NCBI GenBank assembly: GCA_963705305.1
Contig: OY970067.1
Coordinates: forward strand, 2,720,001 to 2,784,000
DNA: 64,000 nucleotides
Direction: 5' to 3'
Source of the DNA: an uncultured Methylomirabilota bacterium
GTDB taxonomy: Bacteria; Methylomirabilota; Methylomirabilia; Methylomirabilales; 2-02-FULL-66-22
Shown: in pieces, positions 21,204-31,680 of the stretch
How positions within the stretch are numbered: position 1 is the first letter of the stretch
Layout of the letters: every line of letters begins with the position of its first letter
Notes under the pieces: model-generated
Seen by the model: the letters and a program-made list of their open reading frames with translations, nothing else
What the model was told of the DNA's origin: nothing
Databases searched by the model: none
Program-made: the position numbers and the translations under genes

Positions 21204-21905
21204 ATGTGGACCGAACTGGATAAGCTCTTGGAGCTGCAGAAGATCGATCAAGTCATTGCCCGGCTGGATGCCGAGGCGGAGGCCATTCCCCAGGCAATCG
21301 CGGCGCTGGACGCCCGCCTGGCCACGGCGCGGGATGGCTTGCAGGCGGCCAAGAGCGGGGCAGAGCAGATCCAGAAGGACCGGCGCGGCAAAGAGCGGGA
21401 GTTGGACGAGATCACCCAAAATATCAAGAAGAAACAGGCCCGTCTCTTTGAGATCAAGACGAACGACGAGTACTCCGCCGTCCTGAAGGAGATCGAGAGC
21501 CTGAAAGAGCGCTCTTCCCGGCTGGAGACGGAGATTCTCGAGCTGCTGGAGCGCGCCGACGTGACGGCAAAGACAGTGGGCGAGGCTGAGAAGGGGTTCA
21601 AGGCCGCAGAAGCCCTCCGCGATCAAGAGCGTGTGGGCAAAGAGGCGCAGCTGGCCAAGGTCCAGGCAGAACTGGCCACGCAGCAGGAGGCTCGCGCGAA
21701 ACAGGCCAGCCGCCTGGATGCCGAGCTGCTCCAGCAATATACCCGGTTGATGCGATCGCGAGGGGTGGTGGTCGTGCCGGTCAAGGACGGATCCTGCGGC
21801 GGCTGCGGCATCGCCTTGACCCCTCAGGCCTATAACGAGGTCCGCCGCAACGACCGGATGTTCACCTGCCCCTCCTGCAGCCGCGTCCTCTACTACGCGG
21901 GGTAG
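21204..21905 (+). CDS. Coiled-coil C4-type zinc-ribbon protein (COG1579/HP0958-like)
   Basis: LLELQKID, long coiled coil, CGGC...CPSCSRVLY. Confidence 0.9.
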   Translation: MWTELDKLLELQKIDQVIARLDAEAEAIPQAIAALDARLATARDGLQAAKSGAEQIQKDRRGKERELDEITQNIKKKQARLFEIKTNDEYSAVLKEIESLKERSSRLETEILELLERADVTAKTVGEAEKGFKAAEALRDQERVGKEAQLAKVQAELATQQEARAKQASRLDAELLQQYTRLMRSRGVVVVPVKDGSCGGCGIALTPQAYNEVRRNDRMFTCPSCSRVLYYAG

Positions 21906-21909
21906 CGGA

Positions 21910-22536
21910 GTGGACCCCGCGATCCTTCTCGCCAGGCTCCGGCGCCTGAGCTGCGCGCGTCCGGGCGCCGAATCGCTCCAGCTTCCGCCCGGCCTGAGTC
22001 CCGACGAGGCGCTGCAGGCCGTCCGGGAGGCCGTGCAGAGCCTGGAGGGGTCGCCGGTCGTGAAGGCCCATTCGCCCGCCCTCGCAGGTACCCTCCACAT
22101 TCATATCGACGGGGCCGCACGGGGGAATCCGGGACCGGCCGGTGCGGGGGTCGTGTTGATCGGCCCTGACGGGCGGGCCGTCGAGCGCCTGCATCGATTC
22201 CTCGGTGAAGCGACCAACAACGTGGCGGAATATCAGGCCCTGCTCCTGGCGCTGGACCGGGCGCGAGCCCTGGGATATGCGGACCTGAGCGTTTGCTCCG
22301 ATTCGGAGCTTTTGGTCCGGCAGCTTCAAGGCCGATACCGGGTCAAGCATCCCGTGCTTCAGGTATTGCACGCGGCTGTGCGTGAGAAGCTGGCCGGTCT
22401 GCGTCATTTTGAGATCCGCCATGTCCCGCGCGAGGAGAATTCTCAGGCTGACGCCCTGGCCAACCAGGCGATCGACGAAGCCCTGCGGCCTCAGCGGCGG
22501 GCCGATACCCCCGCCTCGCCCGGAACGCGAGAATAG
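21910..22536 (+). CDS. rnhA: Ribonuclease HI family protein
   Basis: IDGAARGNPGPAG, TNNVAEY, DSELLVRQ and PREENSQADALAN motifs. Confidence 0.92.
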   Translation: MDPAILLARLRRLSCARPGAESLQLPPGLSPDEALQAVREAVQSLEGSPVVKAHSPALAGTLHIHIDGAARGNPGPAGAGVVLIGPDGRAVERLHRFLGEATNNVAEYQALLLALDRARALGYADLSVCSDSELLVRQLQGRYRVKHPVLQVLHAAVREKLAGLRHFEIRHVPREENSQADALANQAIDEALRPQRRADTPASPGTRE

Positions 22537-22538
22537 CC

Positions 22539-23040
22539 ATGACCCGCACACACTGGCGGCGCCCGGTGCCGATGGGAGAGGCGGTGTCGGCAGCCCTGCG
22601 GCGGCTCGGCCTCGAGACACGTTTCCGCCAGGAACAGATCTGGACCGTCTGGTCCGCTGTGGTCGGTCCGCAGATCGCCCGACACGCCCAGCCGTACGCG
22701 GTGCGGCAGGGTCGGCTGATCGTCCACGTCAGCGACCCGGTGTGGCTCCACCACCTGAGCATGATGCGCCATCGGGTCGTGGCCGCCCTGAATGAGCGCC
22801 TGGATACCCTGGTCATTCGCGAGAATCGTGCTTCGTGTGGGGGAACTGCCCGATCTCCCCCTGGCCCCTCTCCCTCACCCCTCGCGCGAGGCGGGGACGG
22901 CCGAACTGGATCCCGTCCTCCGGGCCAAAGTCGAATCGGCCCTGGCGATACTCGGGGATGCACCCTGCATGGAGGCGGTGCGCCGACTGTTGCTGCGCGC
23001 CGCCCAAGAGAGCCGCAAGACCCCCTTTGGTCAAAAGTGA
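22539..23040 (+). CDS. dciA: DUF721/DciA family protein; +1 frameshift at ~22824
   Basis: W..VVGPQIARHAQP...L.V.V.DPVW..HL motif; IREIVLRVG restored by removing one A. Confidence 0.8.
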
Positions 23041-23129
23041 CACAGTCCGTTGCAGCAGAACCACGCTGCCCCCAGCCTGAATCAGCCGAAGAATTCTCCC
23101 CTCCGGAATATTCATTTCTTCCCTTTATA

Positions 23130-23182
23130 TTTCAACTAGTTAAGTTTTGAATAGCTGTATTCATTCTGGTATAAACATTGCA
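23130..23182 (+). promoter_or_regulatory. Putative sigma-54 promoter with upstream IHF site
   Basis: TGGTATAAACATTGCA (GG-N10-GC) at 23167-23182; TTTCAACTAGTTA at 23130-23142 in an AT-rich tract. Confidence 0.6.
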
Positions 23183-23220
23183 TGTTGTAACACCGGCTTA
23201 GCCTGGTAAGTAATGTTACT

Positions 23221-24171
23221 ATGTGGAACCCAGAGGAGACCAACTTGAGCCATCAGCGTACCATAGAGCGTTCAGTCCAGTGTGAGGGGATCGGTCTTCA
23301 CACCGGTGAACATGCCGTCATGATGTTGCGGCCGGCCCAGGCCAACCGGGGCGTGATTTTTCGGCGGACGGATCTTCCAGGCGCTCCCACCATTGAGGCG
23401 GCGCTGGAAAATGTTACCGACACCCACTATGCCACTACGATCGCCAAAAACGGGGCCTCGGTTAAGACCATCGAGCACCTCATGTCCGCACTGGCCGGCT
23501 TGGGGGTTGACAACGTCCAGGTGGATTTGACGGGTCCGGAGGTCCCCATTCTGGACGGAAGCTCCGCCCCCTTCGTGGAATTGATTCGTCATGCGGGCCT
23601 GCGTCGCCAGTTCGCCCCTAAGACGTTTTTGAAGGTCCGCCAGCCGGTGACGGTGGAGGTCGGGACCCGCAGTCTGCGCATCGTTCCGTCCGAGCGGCTG
23701 AAGGTCATCTACACCATGTGCTTCGACCATCCCATCCTGGGAGAGCAGACGACGGCCATGGATGTCGGGCGGGAGCGGTATGCGCGGGATGTCGCCCCCT
23801 GCCGAACCTTCGGATTCCTGCGGGACCTCGATATGCTGTGGCGCATGGGCTTGGCCAAGGGCGGCTCGCTGGAGAACGCCCTGGTGATCGGCGAAGAGGG
23901 GGTTCTGAACGGGCCCATGCGCTTTCCGGACGAGCTGGTCCGGCACAAGATCCTGGACCTCATGGGCGACTTGTATCTGCTGGGGAAGCCCCTGGTAGGC
24001 ACCGTCATCGCCCATGGCGCCGGACACCAGCTGCACCTCCAGCTCGTCCGCCGTATTCAAGAGCAGCTGGGTCTGCAGCCGGAGCCGTTCAGCCTTTCCG
24101 CGTCGGCGGTGGAGCAGTGGGTTTCTCCGCTCTTCCCTCCGGCACGCCGCCTGAAAGCGGCAGCACTCTGA
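23221..24171 (+). CDS. lpxC: UDP-3-O-acyl-N-acetylglucosamine deacetylase
   Basis: QRTI, GIGLHTG, TIEHLMSAL, EVPILDGS, HKILDLMGDL and GH motifs. Confidence 0.96.
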   Translation: MWNPEETNLSHQRTIERSVQCEGIGLHTGEHAVMMLRPAQANRGVIFRRTDLPGAPTIEAALENVTDTHYATTIAKNGASVKTIEHLMSALAGLGVDNVQVDLTGPEVPILDGSSAPFVELIRHAGLRRQFAPKTFLKVRQPVTVEVGTRSLRIVPSERLKVIYTMCFDHPILGEQTTAMDVGRERYARDVAPCRTFGFLRDLDMLWRMGLAKGGSLENALVIGEEGVLNGPMRFPDELVRHKILDLMGDLYLLGKPLVGTVIAHGAGHQLHLQLVRRIQEQLGLQPEPFSLSASAVEQWVSPLFPPARRLKAAAL

Positions 24172-24240
24172 CCGGATGCCGCCCGGCGATTCTCGCCTTC
24201 GCCCCTGCGTCCGCCGGAGCCTTGCGGCGCCCCTTTAGTC

Positions 24241-24269
24241 TTGCCATCGGCAGTCGCCCTTCCTATACT
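24241..24269 (+). promoter_or_regulatory. Sigma-70 promoter of ntrY-ntrX
   Basis: TTGCCA - 17 bp - TATACT. Confidence 0.6.
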
Positions 24270-24359
24270 GTGACCTCAAATCAGTCGCCATGACCTCGAG
24301 TGGGCCGCCGGGCCGGCCCGGCAGCCGGGTCCCGCTTCGCGAGGCGTGAGGCAAGGGGT

Positions 24360-26615
24360 ATGTCGCAGGCGCCGCCGCCACTCAACGACCAGCTCCCTCC
24401 CGTCGATCCCGGGAGCCGGAGTCGGCGGAATCGCATCATCTTGGGCTCCGTCCTGGTCCTGGTGGTGGCCCTGACGGCGGTGCAGGTTCTCATCCAGCAG
24501 CTCCGCTTTCCGACCCCCATTGCCTCCAACATCCTGATTTTCGCCCTGGTGAACGTCAACATCGTCCTCCTCCTGTTGCTGGTGTTGCTGGTCTTCCGCA
24601 GCCTCTTCAAGGTCTATCTGGAGCGGCGCGAGAACCTCCTGGGATCCAAGTTCCGTGTGAAGCTGGCCGTGGCCTTCGTCAGCCTGGCGCTCCTGCCGGC
24701 GGGCCTCCTGTTCCTGGTCGCCAGCAATCTCATCACCAACAGCGTGGACAGTTGGTTCAACAGCCAGGTGGAACAATCGCTGGACAACGCCAGCGACGTG
24801 GCCCGGGCGTACGCACGGAACACCCAGGACGAGGCCTTGAACCAGGCGCGGCAGGTGGCCGCCCGCCTGGGAGACGTCCTGGGCCCCGGGGGGAGCGTGA
24901 GTGCGATCCGCCGCCTGGGCACCGAAAAGGTCCGAGAGTACGGGCTGGACGGACTCCAGATCTTCAGCCGGAAGCAGGTGGAGGTAGGGCAGTGGAGGGG
25001 CTCGCGGGTTCCGGGGGCCGCCATGCTGTCCCCCGCCTCGCCGATGGTGCGGCAGGGACTGCACGGCGAATCCTTCGTGACCGTTCAGAGCTTCTGGCAG
25101 GGGGACGTGATCCGGGCAGTGGCCCCGGTGATTGCGGCCGGGCAGCCGCGGGAGGTCCTGGGCGTCGTGACGGTGACGACGTGGATCCCGGACGCGCTGG
25201 CCACGAAGGCGGCTGAGATCGAGAAGGGGATGCAGGAGTACCAGCAGCTCCGCCTCCTGAAGAATCCCATCAAGGGCATCTACCTGATGCTGTTCCTCAT
25301 GGTCACCCTGGTGATCATCTTCGGCGCGATCTGGGTGGGCGTCTATCTGGCCCGAGGAATCACCGTGCCCATCCAGCAGCTGGCCGAGGGCACCCGCAAG
25401 GTGGCGGCCGGAGACCTCAGCTACAGGGTCCAGGTCAAAGCGGACGACGAGATCGGGATGCTGGTGGAGTCATTCAACCGCATGACCGAAGACCTGGGTC
25501 GCGGCAAGGTGGAGCTGACCCAGGCCTATCAAGAACTGCAGCACTCCAACGTGGAGTTGGACCGCCGCCGCGCCTACATGGAGACCGTCCTGGAGACGAT
25601 TGCCAGCGGCGTGCTGTCCCTGGATGCCGGTGGCCGGGTGAACACGGTCAACAGTGCGGCAGCGCGCATGCTGGGCCGGCCCGCCGGCGAGATCCTGCAC
25701 CGGTCGTACGCCGAGGTGTTCGGAGAGGATACCCTGGCGCCGCTCCGCCGGCTGGTGGCCCAGCTGGCGGAGGAGGGGCGGGAGACCTCCGACCAGCAGA
25801 TCACGTTGACCCTGAACGGGCGGCCCGCCACCCTGATGGTCACCGTGGGCGCCCTGCGCGGTCCGGGCGGAGACCCGCGGGGCCTGCTGGTGGTTCTGGA
25901 CGACATCTCGGAGGTGATCCGGGCGCAGCAGGCCCTGGCCTGGCGCGAGGTGGCTCGCCGCATCGCCCACGAGATCAAGAACCCCCTCACCCCGATTCAG
26001 CTCTCGGCGCAGCGGCTCCGCAAGAAGTTTGCGGAAGGGGCCCCCGACGCGGCGTTGGTGCTGGATGAATGCACCCGCACCATCATCCAGGAAGTCGAGG
26101 GACTGAAGAGCCTCGTCGATGAGTTCTCGCGCTACGCGCGGATGCCCAGCCCTCGTCCGCGACCGGGGGATCTCCATGCGGTCATTCGACAGGTGGCGCA
26201 GCTGTACGCCGGTGTACAGTCCGGCATCGTGCTGCGGGTCGAGCTGGACCCGGCGGTCCCGGCGGTCAGCCTGGACCCGGACCATATGAAGCGGGCGCTC
26301 ATCAACCTGGTGGACAACGCCGTGGCAGCGATCGGCGAGGGGGATGGGCAGATCGTGATTGCCACCCGCTACCAGCCGGAGACAGGACTCGTGCGAATGG
26401 AGGTGAGCGACACGGGGACCGGCTTTCCCTCCGAGGACCGGGACCGTGCGTTCCTCCCCTACTATTCCACCAAGCGGCTCTCCGGCGGCCTGGGTCTGGC
26501 CATCGTCCACCGGATCATCCTGGAACACGGCGGAAAGATCCGGATCGAGGACAACCTCCCGCGGGGGGCCAAGCTGATCATCACGCTGCCGGCGCTGGTT
26601 CCGGCCTTGACCTGA
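24360..26615 (+). CDS. ntrY: NtrY-like membrane histidine kinase (TM, HAMP, PAS, HisKA, HATPase)
   Basis: N-terminal TM helices, AWREVARRIAHEIKNPLTPIQLSA, NLVDNA, GLGL. Confidence 0.9.
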   Translation: MSQAPPPLNDQLPPVDPGSRSRRNRIILGSVLVLVVALTAVQVLIQQLRFPTPIASNILIFALVNVNIVLLLLLVLLVFRSLFKVYLERRENLLGSKFRVKLAVAFVSLALLPAGLLFLVASNLITNSVDSWFNSQVEQSLDNASDVARAYARNTQDEALNQARQVAARLGDVLGPGGSVSAIRRLGTEKVREYGLDGLQIFSRKQVEVGQWRGSRVPGAAMLSPASPMVRQGLHGESFVTVQSFWQGDVIRAVAPVIAAGQPREVLGVVTVTTWIPDALATKAAEIEKGMQEYQQLRLLKNPIKGIYLMLFLMVTLVIIFGAIWVGVYLARGITVPIQQLAEGTRKVAAGDLSYRVQVKADDEIGMLVESFNRMTEDLGRGKVELTQAYQELQHSNVELDRRRAYMETVLETIASGVLSLDAGGRVNTVNSAAARMLGRPAGEILHRSYAEVFGEDTLAPLRRLVAQLAEEGRETSDQQITLTLNGRPATLMVTVGALRGPGGDPRGLLVVLDDISEVIRAQQALAWREVARRIAHEIKNPLTPIQLSAQRLRKKFAEGAPDAALVLDECTRTIIQEVEGLKSLVDEFSRYARMPSPRPRPGDLHAVIRQVAQLYAGVQSGIVLRVELDPAVPAVSLDPDHMKRALINLVDNAVAAIGEGDGQIVIATRYQPETGLVRMEVSDTGTGFPSEDRDRAFLPYYSTKRLSGGLGLAIVHRIILEHGGKIRIEDNLPRGAKLIITLPALVPALT

Positions 26616-26625
26616 GGCAGTCCGG

Positions 26626-28005
26626 ATGGCAACCGAAGAGATCCTGGTCGTCGACGACGAGAAGAACATCCGCAGCTCCCTGGAGGGCATCCTGGCGGAT
26701 GAGGGCTACCGCGTCCGCGGGGTTGCCACGGGTGAGGAGCTGCTGAAGCAGATGGTCCAGGCGCCCGCGGAGCTGGTGATCCTGGACGTCTGGCTGCCGG
26801 GGATGGACGGGCTGCAGGCCCTGGAAGAGGTGAAGCGGCTCTACCCGGAGCTTCCCGTGATCATGATCTCGGGCCACTCCACGGTGGAGACGGCGGTCAG
26901 AGCGACCAAGCTGGGCGCCTACGACTTCATCGAGAAGCCGCTGAGCCTGGAAAAGACGGTCCTGGCGGTGCGCAACGCACTGGACCGCCACCGGCTGGAG
27001 CAGGAGAACCGCGCGCTCCGGCAGACCCTGGAGGAGCGATACGAGATCGTGGGCGACAGCCCGGCCATTCGGGCCCTGCGCATCCAGGTCCAGTCGGCGG
27101 CTCCCAGCCACGGGCGCGTCCTGATTCGGGGCGAGAGCGGGACCGGGAAGGAGCTCGTGGCCCGGGCGATCCACCGCAGCAGCCTGCGGGCGAATCGGCC
27201 GTTCGTGGAGGTCAATTGTGCGGCCATCCCGGACGAGTTGATCGAAAGCGAGCTGTTCGGCCACGAGAAGGGGGCCTTCACGGGGGCGACCGCCAAGCGC
27301 CGCGGCAAATTCGAGCTGGCGGACGGCGGCACCATCTTCCTGGATGAAGTCGGGGACATGAGCTTGAAGACGCAGGCCAAGGTCCTGCGGGTCCTCCAGG
27401 AGCAGACCTTCGAGCGGGTGGGTGGCAGCGAGACGCTCAGCGTGGACGTTCGGGTGATTGCCGCCTCGAACAAGGATTTGGAGAAGGAGATTCAGGCGGG
27501 CACCTTCCGCGAGGATCTCTTCTACCGCCTGAGCGTTATTCCCTTCGAGGTCCCGCCGCTCCGCGATCGCCGGGAGGACATTTCGCTGCTCAGCGGGCAT
27601 TTTCTGCGGCAGTTCTCCCGGGAATACGGCAAGTGGGAGAAGACGCTCAGCCCGGGCGCGCTCGACCTGCTGGTGCGGTATCCCTGGCCGGGAAACGTGC
27701 GGGAGCTCCGCAACGTGATCGAGCGCATGGTCATCATGGTATCGCAGGACAGCATCCAGGACGCAGATGTTGCCCTCTCCCTTCGCCCGCGCGCCGGGGT
27801 AGCTCCGACCATCGAGGTGGAGCCCGTCCTGGACTGGAACGGCAGCCTGCGCGAGGCGCGGGAGCAGTTCGAGCGGGAGTACATTCTGCGCCGCTTGCGC
27901 GAGGTCCACTGGAACATCACCCGCGCGGCAGAGTGCATGGGAATCGAGCGCAGCAATCTCCACCGGAAAATGAAGGCCTACGGCATCGAGCCCCCCCGGG
28001 GATAG
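26626..28005 (+). CDS. ntrX: NtrX-like sigma-54-dependent response regulator
   Basis: Receiver LDVWLP, GESGTGKE, intact GAFTGA, WPGNVREL, Fis-type HTH. Confidence 0.92.
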   Translation: MATEEILVVDDEKNIRSSLEGILADEGYRVRGVATGEELLKQMVQAPAELVILDVWLPGMDGLQALEEVKRLYPELPVIMISGHSTVETAVRATKLGAYDFIEKPLSLEKTVLAVRNALDRHRLEQENRALRQTLEERYEIVGDSPAIRALRIQVQSAAPSHGRVLIRGESGTGKELVARAIHRSSLRANRPFVEVNCAAIPDELIESELFGHEKGAFTGATAKRRGKFELADGGTIFLDEVGDMSLKTQAKVLRVLQEQTFERVGGSETLSVDVRVIAASNKDLEKEIQAGTFREDLFYRLSVIPFEVPPLRDRREDISLLSGHFLRQFSREYGKWEKTLSPGALDLLVRYPWPGNVRELRNVIERMVIMVSQDSIQDADVALSLRPRAGVAPTIEVEPVLDWNGSLREAREQFEREYILRRLREVHWNITRAAECMGIERSNLHRKMKAYGIEPPRG

Positions 28006-28059
28006 GGCGGGGGTTGCGCCGGACGGCGAGGCGTTGCGGGGCGGCGGAGCGAAGCCAGC

Positions 28060-28720
28060 GTGAGAGACGACCGGGGCGTGATTTTCGATCTGGACGGCGT
28101 GCTGATCAACAGTGAGCCGCTGCATTGCCGCGCCTTCCAGGAGGTCCTGGCGAGCTACGGGGTGCGGCTGACCGAGGCGGAGTACTTTGCCACGTACATC
28201 GTCTACTCTGACCGCGAAGTCCTGGGGCAGCTGCTGCCGGCGGGCGGGCCGCTGGACGAGGCGGTCGCCAGGAAGGGACGCCGGTATCTGGAACTGGTGA
28301 CGGCCGGGGTGCCCGCGTTTCGGGACGGGCTGGCGCTCCTGGCGCGAACCGACGGATGGCGCGTAGCCCTGGCCACGGGGTCGCTCCGACCGGAGGCGGA
28401 GCTGGCCCTAGAGGCCCTGGCAATCCGCGATCGCTTTGCGGTCGTCGTCACCCGCGAGGATTGTGAGGCGGGCAAACCGGACCCGGAGCCGTTCCTGCGG
28501 GCGGCCGACGGACTTCGAATTCCTCCCCGCCGATGCGTGGTTGTGGAGGACACGCCGGGCGGCGTGCGGGCGGCCAAGGCGGCGGGAATGGCCTGTGTGG
28601 CCGTGACCCACTCGTGCCCCCGGGAGTCCCTCACCGAGGCCGATTCTCATCGTCGACGATCTTGCGGCGGTCGATCTGGCGGCCGCCCTTTCCGGGGAAG
28701 GCGGGCGGGATGCCGGATAG
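28060..28720 (+). CDS. HAD-family phosphatase; +1 frameshift at ~28644
   Basis: FDLDGVL, GKPDPEPF, VVEDTPGG; ADLIVDDL C-terminus in the shifted frame ends at TAG 28720. Confidence 0.85.
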
Positions 28721-29237
28721 GGCGATTCACGATCGTCTGCGGACCGTCCTGGCCCCGTTGCGGGTCGTCTACGGGGCCATGCTGGGCTCCATCCTCATCT
28801 ACTGGATCGTGGTCCAGGTGATCCGCAAGGTGGGGCAGATCCCGCAGGGGCGGGACATCTTCGCCGCGGTGGATTGGCTCCGCTACCCTCTGTACGTTCT
28901 GGGGGCCGCGGCCTGCCTGGCGGTCCCCGTCCTCCGGCGGAGACTTTTCGATCCGCAGGCGGCGGTCCGGCGGGCCCGCGGCCAGGCGCTGCCCGAGGTG
29001 CTGTCGGCCCTCTCGTCGAACCAGGTGCTGATCTTTGGGGTGGCCGAGGTGCCGGTCATCCTGGGGCTGGCCCTGTACTTTGTCGGCGGGTACCTGCTGG
29101 ATTTCTACACCCTGGCGGGGTTCTCGGTGGTGGCCTTTGCCCTGGCCTTCCCCTCGTCCGGCGAATGGCAGCACACCCTGAGTCAGATCCGGCTGTTCCG
29201 CCCGGAACTGTTCGAATCCCCCGACTCCCGCGAGTGA
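28710..29237 (+). CDS. Hypothetical membrane protein (~4 TM)
   Basis: Hydrophobic segments; start overlaps the HAD stop. Confidence 0.7.
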   Translation: MPDRAIHDRLRTVLAPLRVVYGAMLGSILIYWIVVQVIRKVGQIPQGRDIFAAVDWLRYPLYVLGAAACLAVPVLRRRLFDPQAAVRRARGQALPEVLSALSSNQVLIFGVAEVPVILGLALYFVGGYLLDFYTLAGFSVVAFALAFPSSGEWQHTLSQIRLFRPELFESPDSRE

Positions 29238-29337
29238 GGTCCGGTCCGGACTGAGCCCGTCACGGCTGCTGGCCCCGGCGAGGCGGGGGCGTCGGAGGCC
29301 GGGCGCCCGCGTGCGGTGGGGTCGCGAGGACTGTGGC

Positions 29338-30825
29338 ATGGATGCCGCGCAGAATGGGTCGCCGCGCATGACCCGTGAGGCCAGCCGGAAGAAGGTCCGG
29401 GTGGCGCTCATCTCCGCCCTGGCAACCGTCGTGCTGGTGGCCGCCAAGGCGCTGGTGGGCTGGAGGACCGGCAGCCTGGGCATTCTCTCGGATGCCGCCC
29501 ACTCGGGGATGGACCTCGTCGCGACGATCATCACCCTGTTCGCCGTCCGAGTCGCGGACCTCCCGGCCGACCAGGAGCACCACTACGGCCACGGAAAGGT
29601 GGAGAATCTGTCGGCGCTCTTCGAGACCGGCCTGCTGCTGCTCACCTGTCTCTGGATCATCTCCGAAGCCCTGGAGCGGCTGCTCTGGAAGCCGGCGGAG
29701 ATCGAGCTGACGTGGACCGCATTTGCCGTGGTGGTCGGCTCCATCCTGGTGGACCTCTCCCGCTCGCGGGCATTGGCGCGGGTCGCGGCAGAGACGGGAA
29801 GCCAGGCGCTGGAAGCGGATGCGCTCAACTTCCGCACGGACATCTGGGGATCCCTGACCGTCCTCGTCGGTCTGGGCGGCGTCTGGGCGGGCCGACACTG
29901 GGGCCTCGCCACGCTGTTCCTCGCAGATGCCGTCGCCGCCATCCTGGTGGCCGGCCTGGTGCTGACGGTCGGGATCCGCCTGGGAAAACGGGCGGTCGAC
30001 GCCCTATTGGACCGGGCCCCCGCCGAGTTGGTGGACCAGGTTCGGGCCGCCATCGTGAGCGTCCCCGGCGTGCGCCCGCCCATGAGCCTGCGCGCCCGCA
30101 CGGTGGGCCCCCGTCTTTTTGTGGACGCGGCGGTGTCCATCGGGCGGGGCGCCTCCTTCGAGGAGTCCCACGCGGTGGTCAGCGAGGTGGAGGAGCGAAT
30201 CCGGGCTGTGGCCCCCGACGCCAGCATCGTGATCCACGCAGAGCCTCTCAGGCCCTCCAACGAGAGTCTGGCGGAGGCGATCCGGCTGATCGTCGACCGG
30301 CATGCCGCCGGCGCGCACGACATGCTGCTCTACGAGGAGGCTGGGCGACAATGCGTGGATCTCCACCTGGAGGTTGCGGGAGACATGCCGCTGGTGGCCG
30401 CCCATACCGTCACAGAGCGGATCGAGGCGGACCTTCGCCACGACTATCCCTCCATCGGACAGGTGAACATCCACATGGATCCTGTGCGGCCGATTCGCCA
30501 GAGCAGGATTCCCGCCGAGGACGACGTGGCGACCCTGGCGGCCCGGCTATGGGCCCTGGCGGTGGCCATCCCGGGGATTCGGGACTGCAGACGGGTCTCG
30601 GTGCGCCGCATCCGAGGTGGACTCTGGCTCGCCTGCCAGTGCGCCATGGATCGGGGATTGTCGGTGCGCGAGGCGCACGAGCTTGGGCTCGAGCTGGGCC
30701 GGAGAGCCCGGCGGGAGATCCCGGGAGTCGAGCGGGTCACGGTGCGGGCGATCCCCGAGACGGACTCGAGCGTGGAAAAACCGGGAGGCAGCGGCGCAGC
30801 GGAGCGGACGGGCGAAACCGCCTAA
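29338..30825 (+). CDS. Cation diffusion facilitator transporter with three C-terminal dimerisation domains
   Basis: SDAAHSGMD, HHYGHGKVENL, ALEADALNFRTD; three ZT_dimer-like repeats. Confidence 0.9.
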   Translation: MDAAQNGSPRMTREASRKKVRVALISALATVVLVAAKALVGWRTGSLGILSDAAHSGMDLVATIITLFAVRVADLPADQEHHYGHGKVENLSALFETGLLLLTCLWIISEALERLLWKPAEIELTWTAFAVVVGSILVDLSRSRALARVAAETGSQALEADALNFRTDIWGSLTVLVGLGGVWAGRHWGLATLFLADAVAAILVAGLVLTVGIRLGKRAVDALLDRAPAELVDQVRAAIVSVPGVRPPMSLRARTVGPRLFVDAAVSIGRGASFEESHAVVSEVEERIRAVAPDASIVIHAEPLRPSNESLAEAIRLIVDRHAAGAHDMLLYEEAGRQCVDLHLEVAGDMPLVAAHTVTERIEADLRHDYPSIGQVNIHMDPVRPIRQSRIPAEDDVATLAARLWALAVAIPGIRDCRRVSVRRIRGGLWLACQCAMDRGLSVREAHELGLELGRRARREIPGVERVTVRAIPETDSSVEKPGGSGAAERTGETA

Positions 30826-30861
30826 CAAGGTCAAACGATCGTTCAGGGAGCGTCAGGGCGT

Positions 30862-31680
30862 ATGCCGGAATTGCCGGAGGTCGAAGTGATCCGGCGGGAT
30901 CTGGTTCCCCATGTGGTGGGGCGCCGGGTTCGATCCGCCGCCATCAGCGAAGCGCGCCTCACCCGTCGCCGCGGCACGCCGTCCGAGCTGGAAAAACTCC
31001 TGGCGGGCCGGCGGATACGAGCCCTGGACCGGCGGGGAAAGTTCTTCCTGTTCGAGCTCGAAGGGGTGACCCTGGTCGTGCGTCTGGGAATGACGGGCCA
31101 GCTGTTGTGGTGGGAAGCCGCCGACCGGTTCCGGCCGGACGGCTACACCCACGCCCGCCTCATGCTTGCCGGCGGCGGCGTCCTATCCTACCGGGATCCC
31201 CGAAAATTCGGTGAGATGTTCGGCCTGCCGACGGGGGACGTGGAGCGAGTGCTGCGGCTGGGGGTGGAGCCGCTGGGGCCGACGTTCACGGTGGATAAGC
31301 TGCGCCGGATCTGCCGATCCCCCGCGCGGATCAAGCCGCTGCTCTTGGATCAGACCAGAATCGCCGGCATCGGGAACATCTACGCAGACGAGGCGTTGTT
31401 CCGGGCCGGGATCCGGCCGACCCGCCGGGCGGCCAGGCTGCGCAGGACGGAGATCCAGGCACTGCGGGACGCCATCCAGGCTGTCCTGCGGGATGGAATC
31501 CGCCACCGGGGGAGTTCGATCCGGGACTACCGGGATGCCGCGGGAACGCCGGGCCGTTTTGCGTCCCTGCACCGGGTGTATCATCGACACGGGCAGCCGT
31601 GCCTGACCTGCGGAACACCGATCCGGAGGATCCTGTTGGGACAGCGCGGCACCCACTTCTGTCCGACCTGCCAGCACTGA
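30862..31680 (+). CDS. mutM: Formamidopyrimidine-DNA glycosylase
   Basis: MPELPEVE, RRGKF, GIGNIYADE, C-terminal C4 zinc finger. Confidence 0.96.
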   Translation: MPELPEVEVIRRDLVPHVVGRRVRSAAISEARLTRRRGTPSELEKLLAGRRIRALDRRGKFFLFELEGVTLVVRLGMTGQLLWWEAADRFRPDGYTHARLMLAGGGVLSYRDPRKFGEMFGLPTGDVERVLRLGVEPLGPTFTVDKLRRICRSPARIKPLLLDQTRIAGIGNIYADEALFRAGIRPTRRAARLRRTEIQALRDAIQAVLRDGIRHRGSSIRDYRDAAGTPGRFASLHRVYHRHGQPCLTCGTPIRRILLGQRGTHFCPTCQH

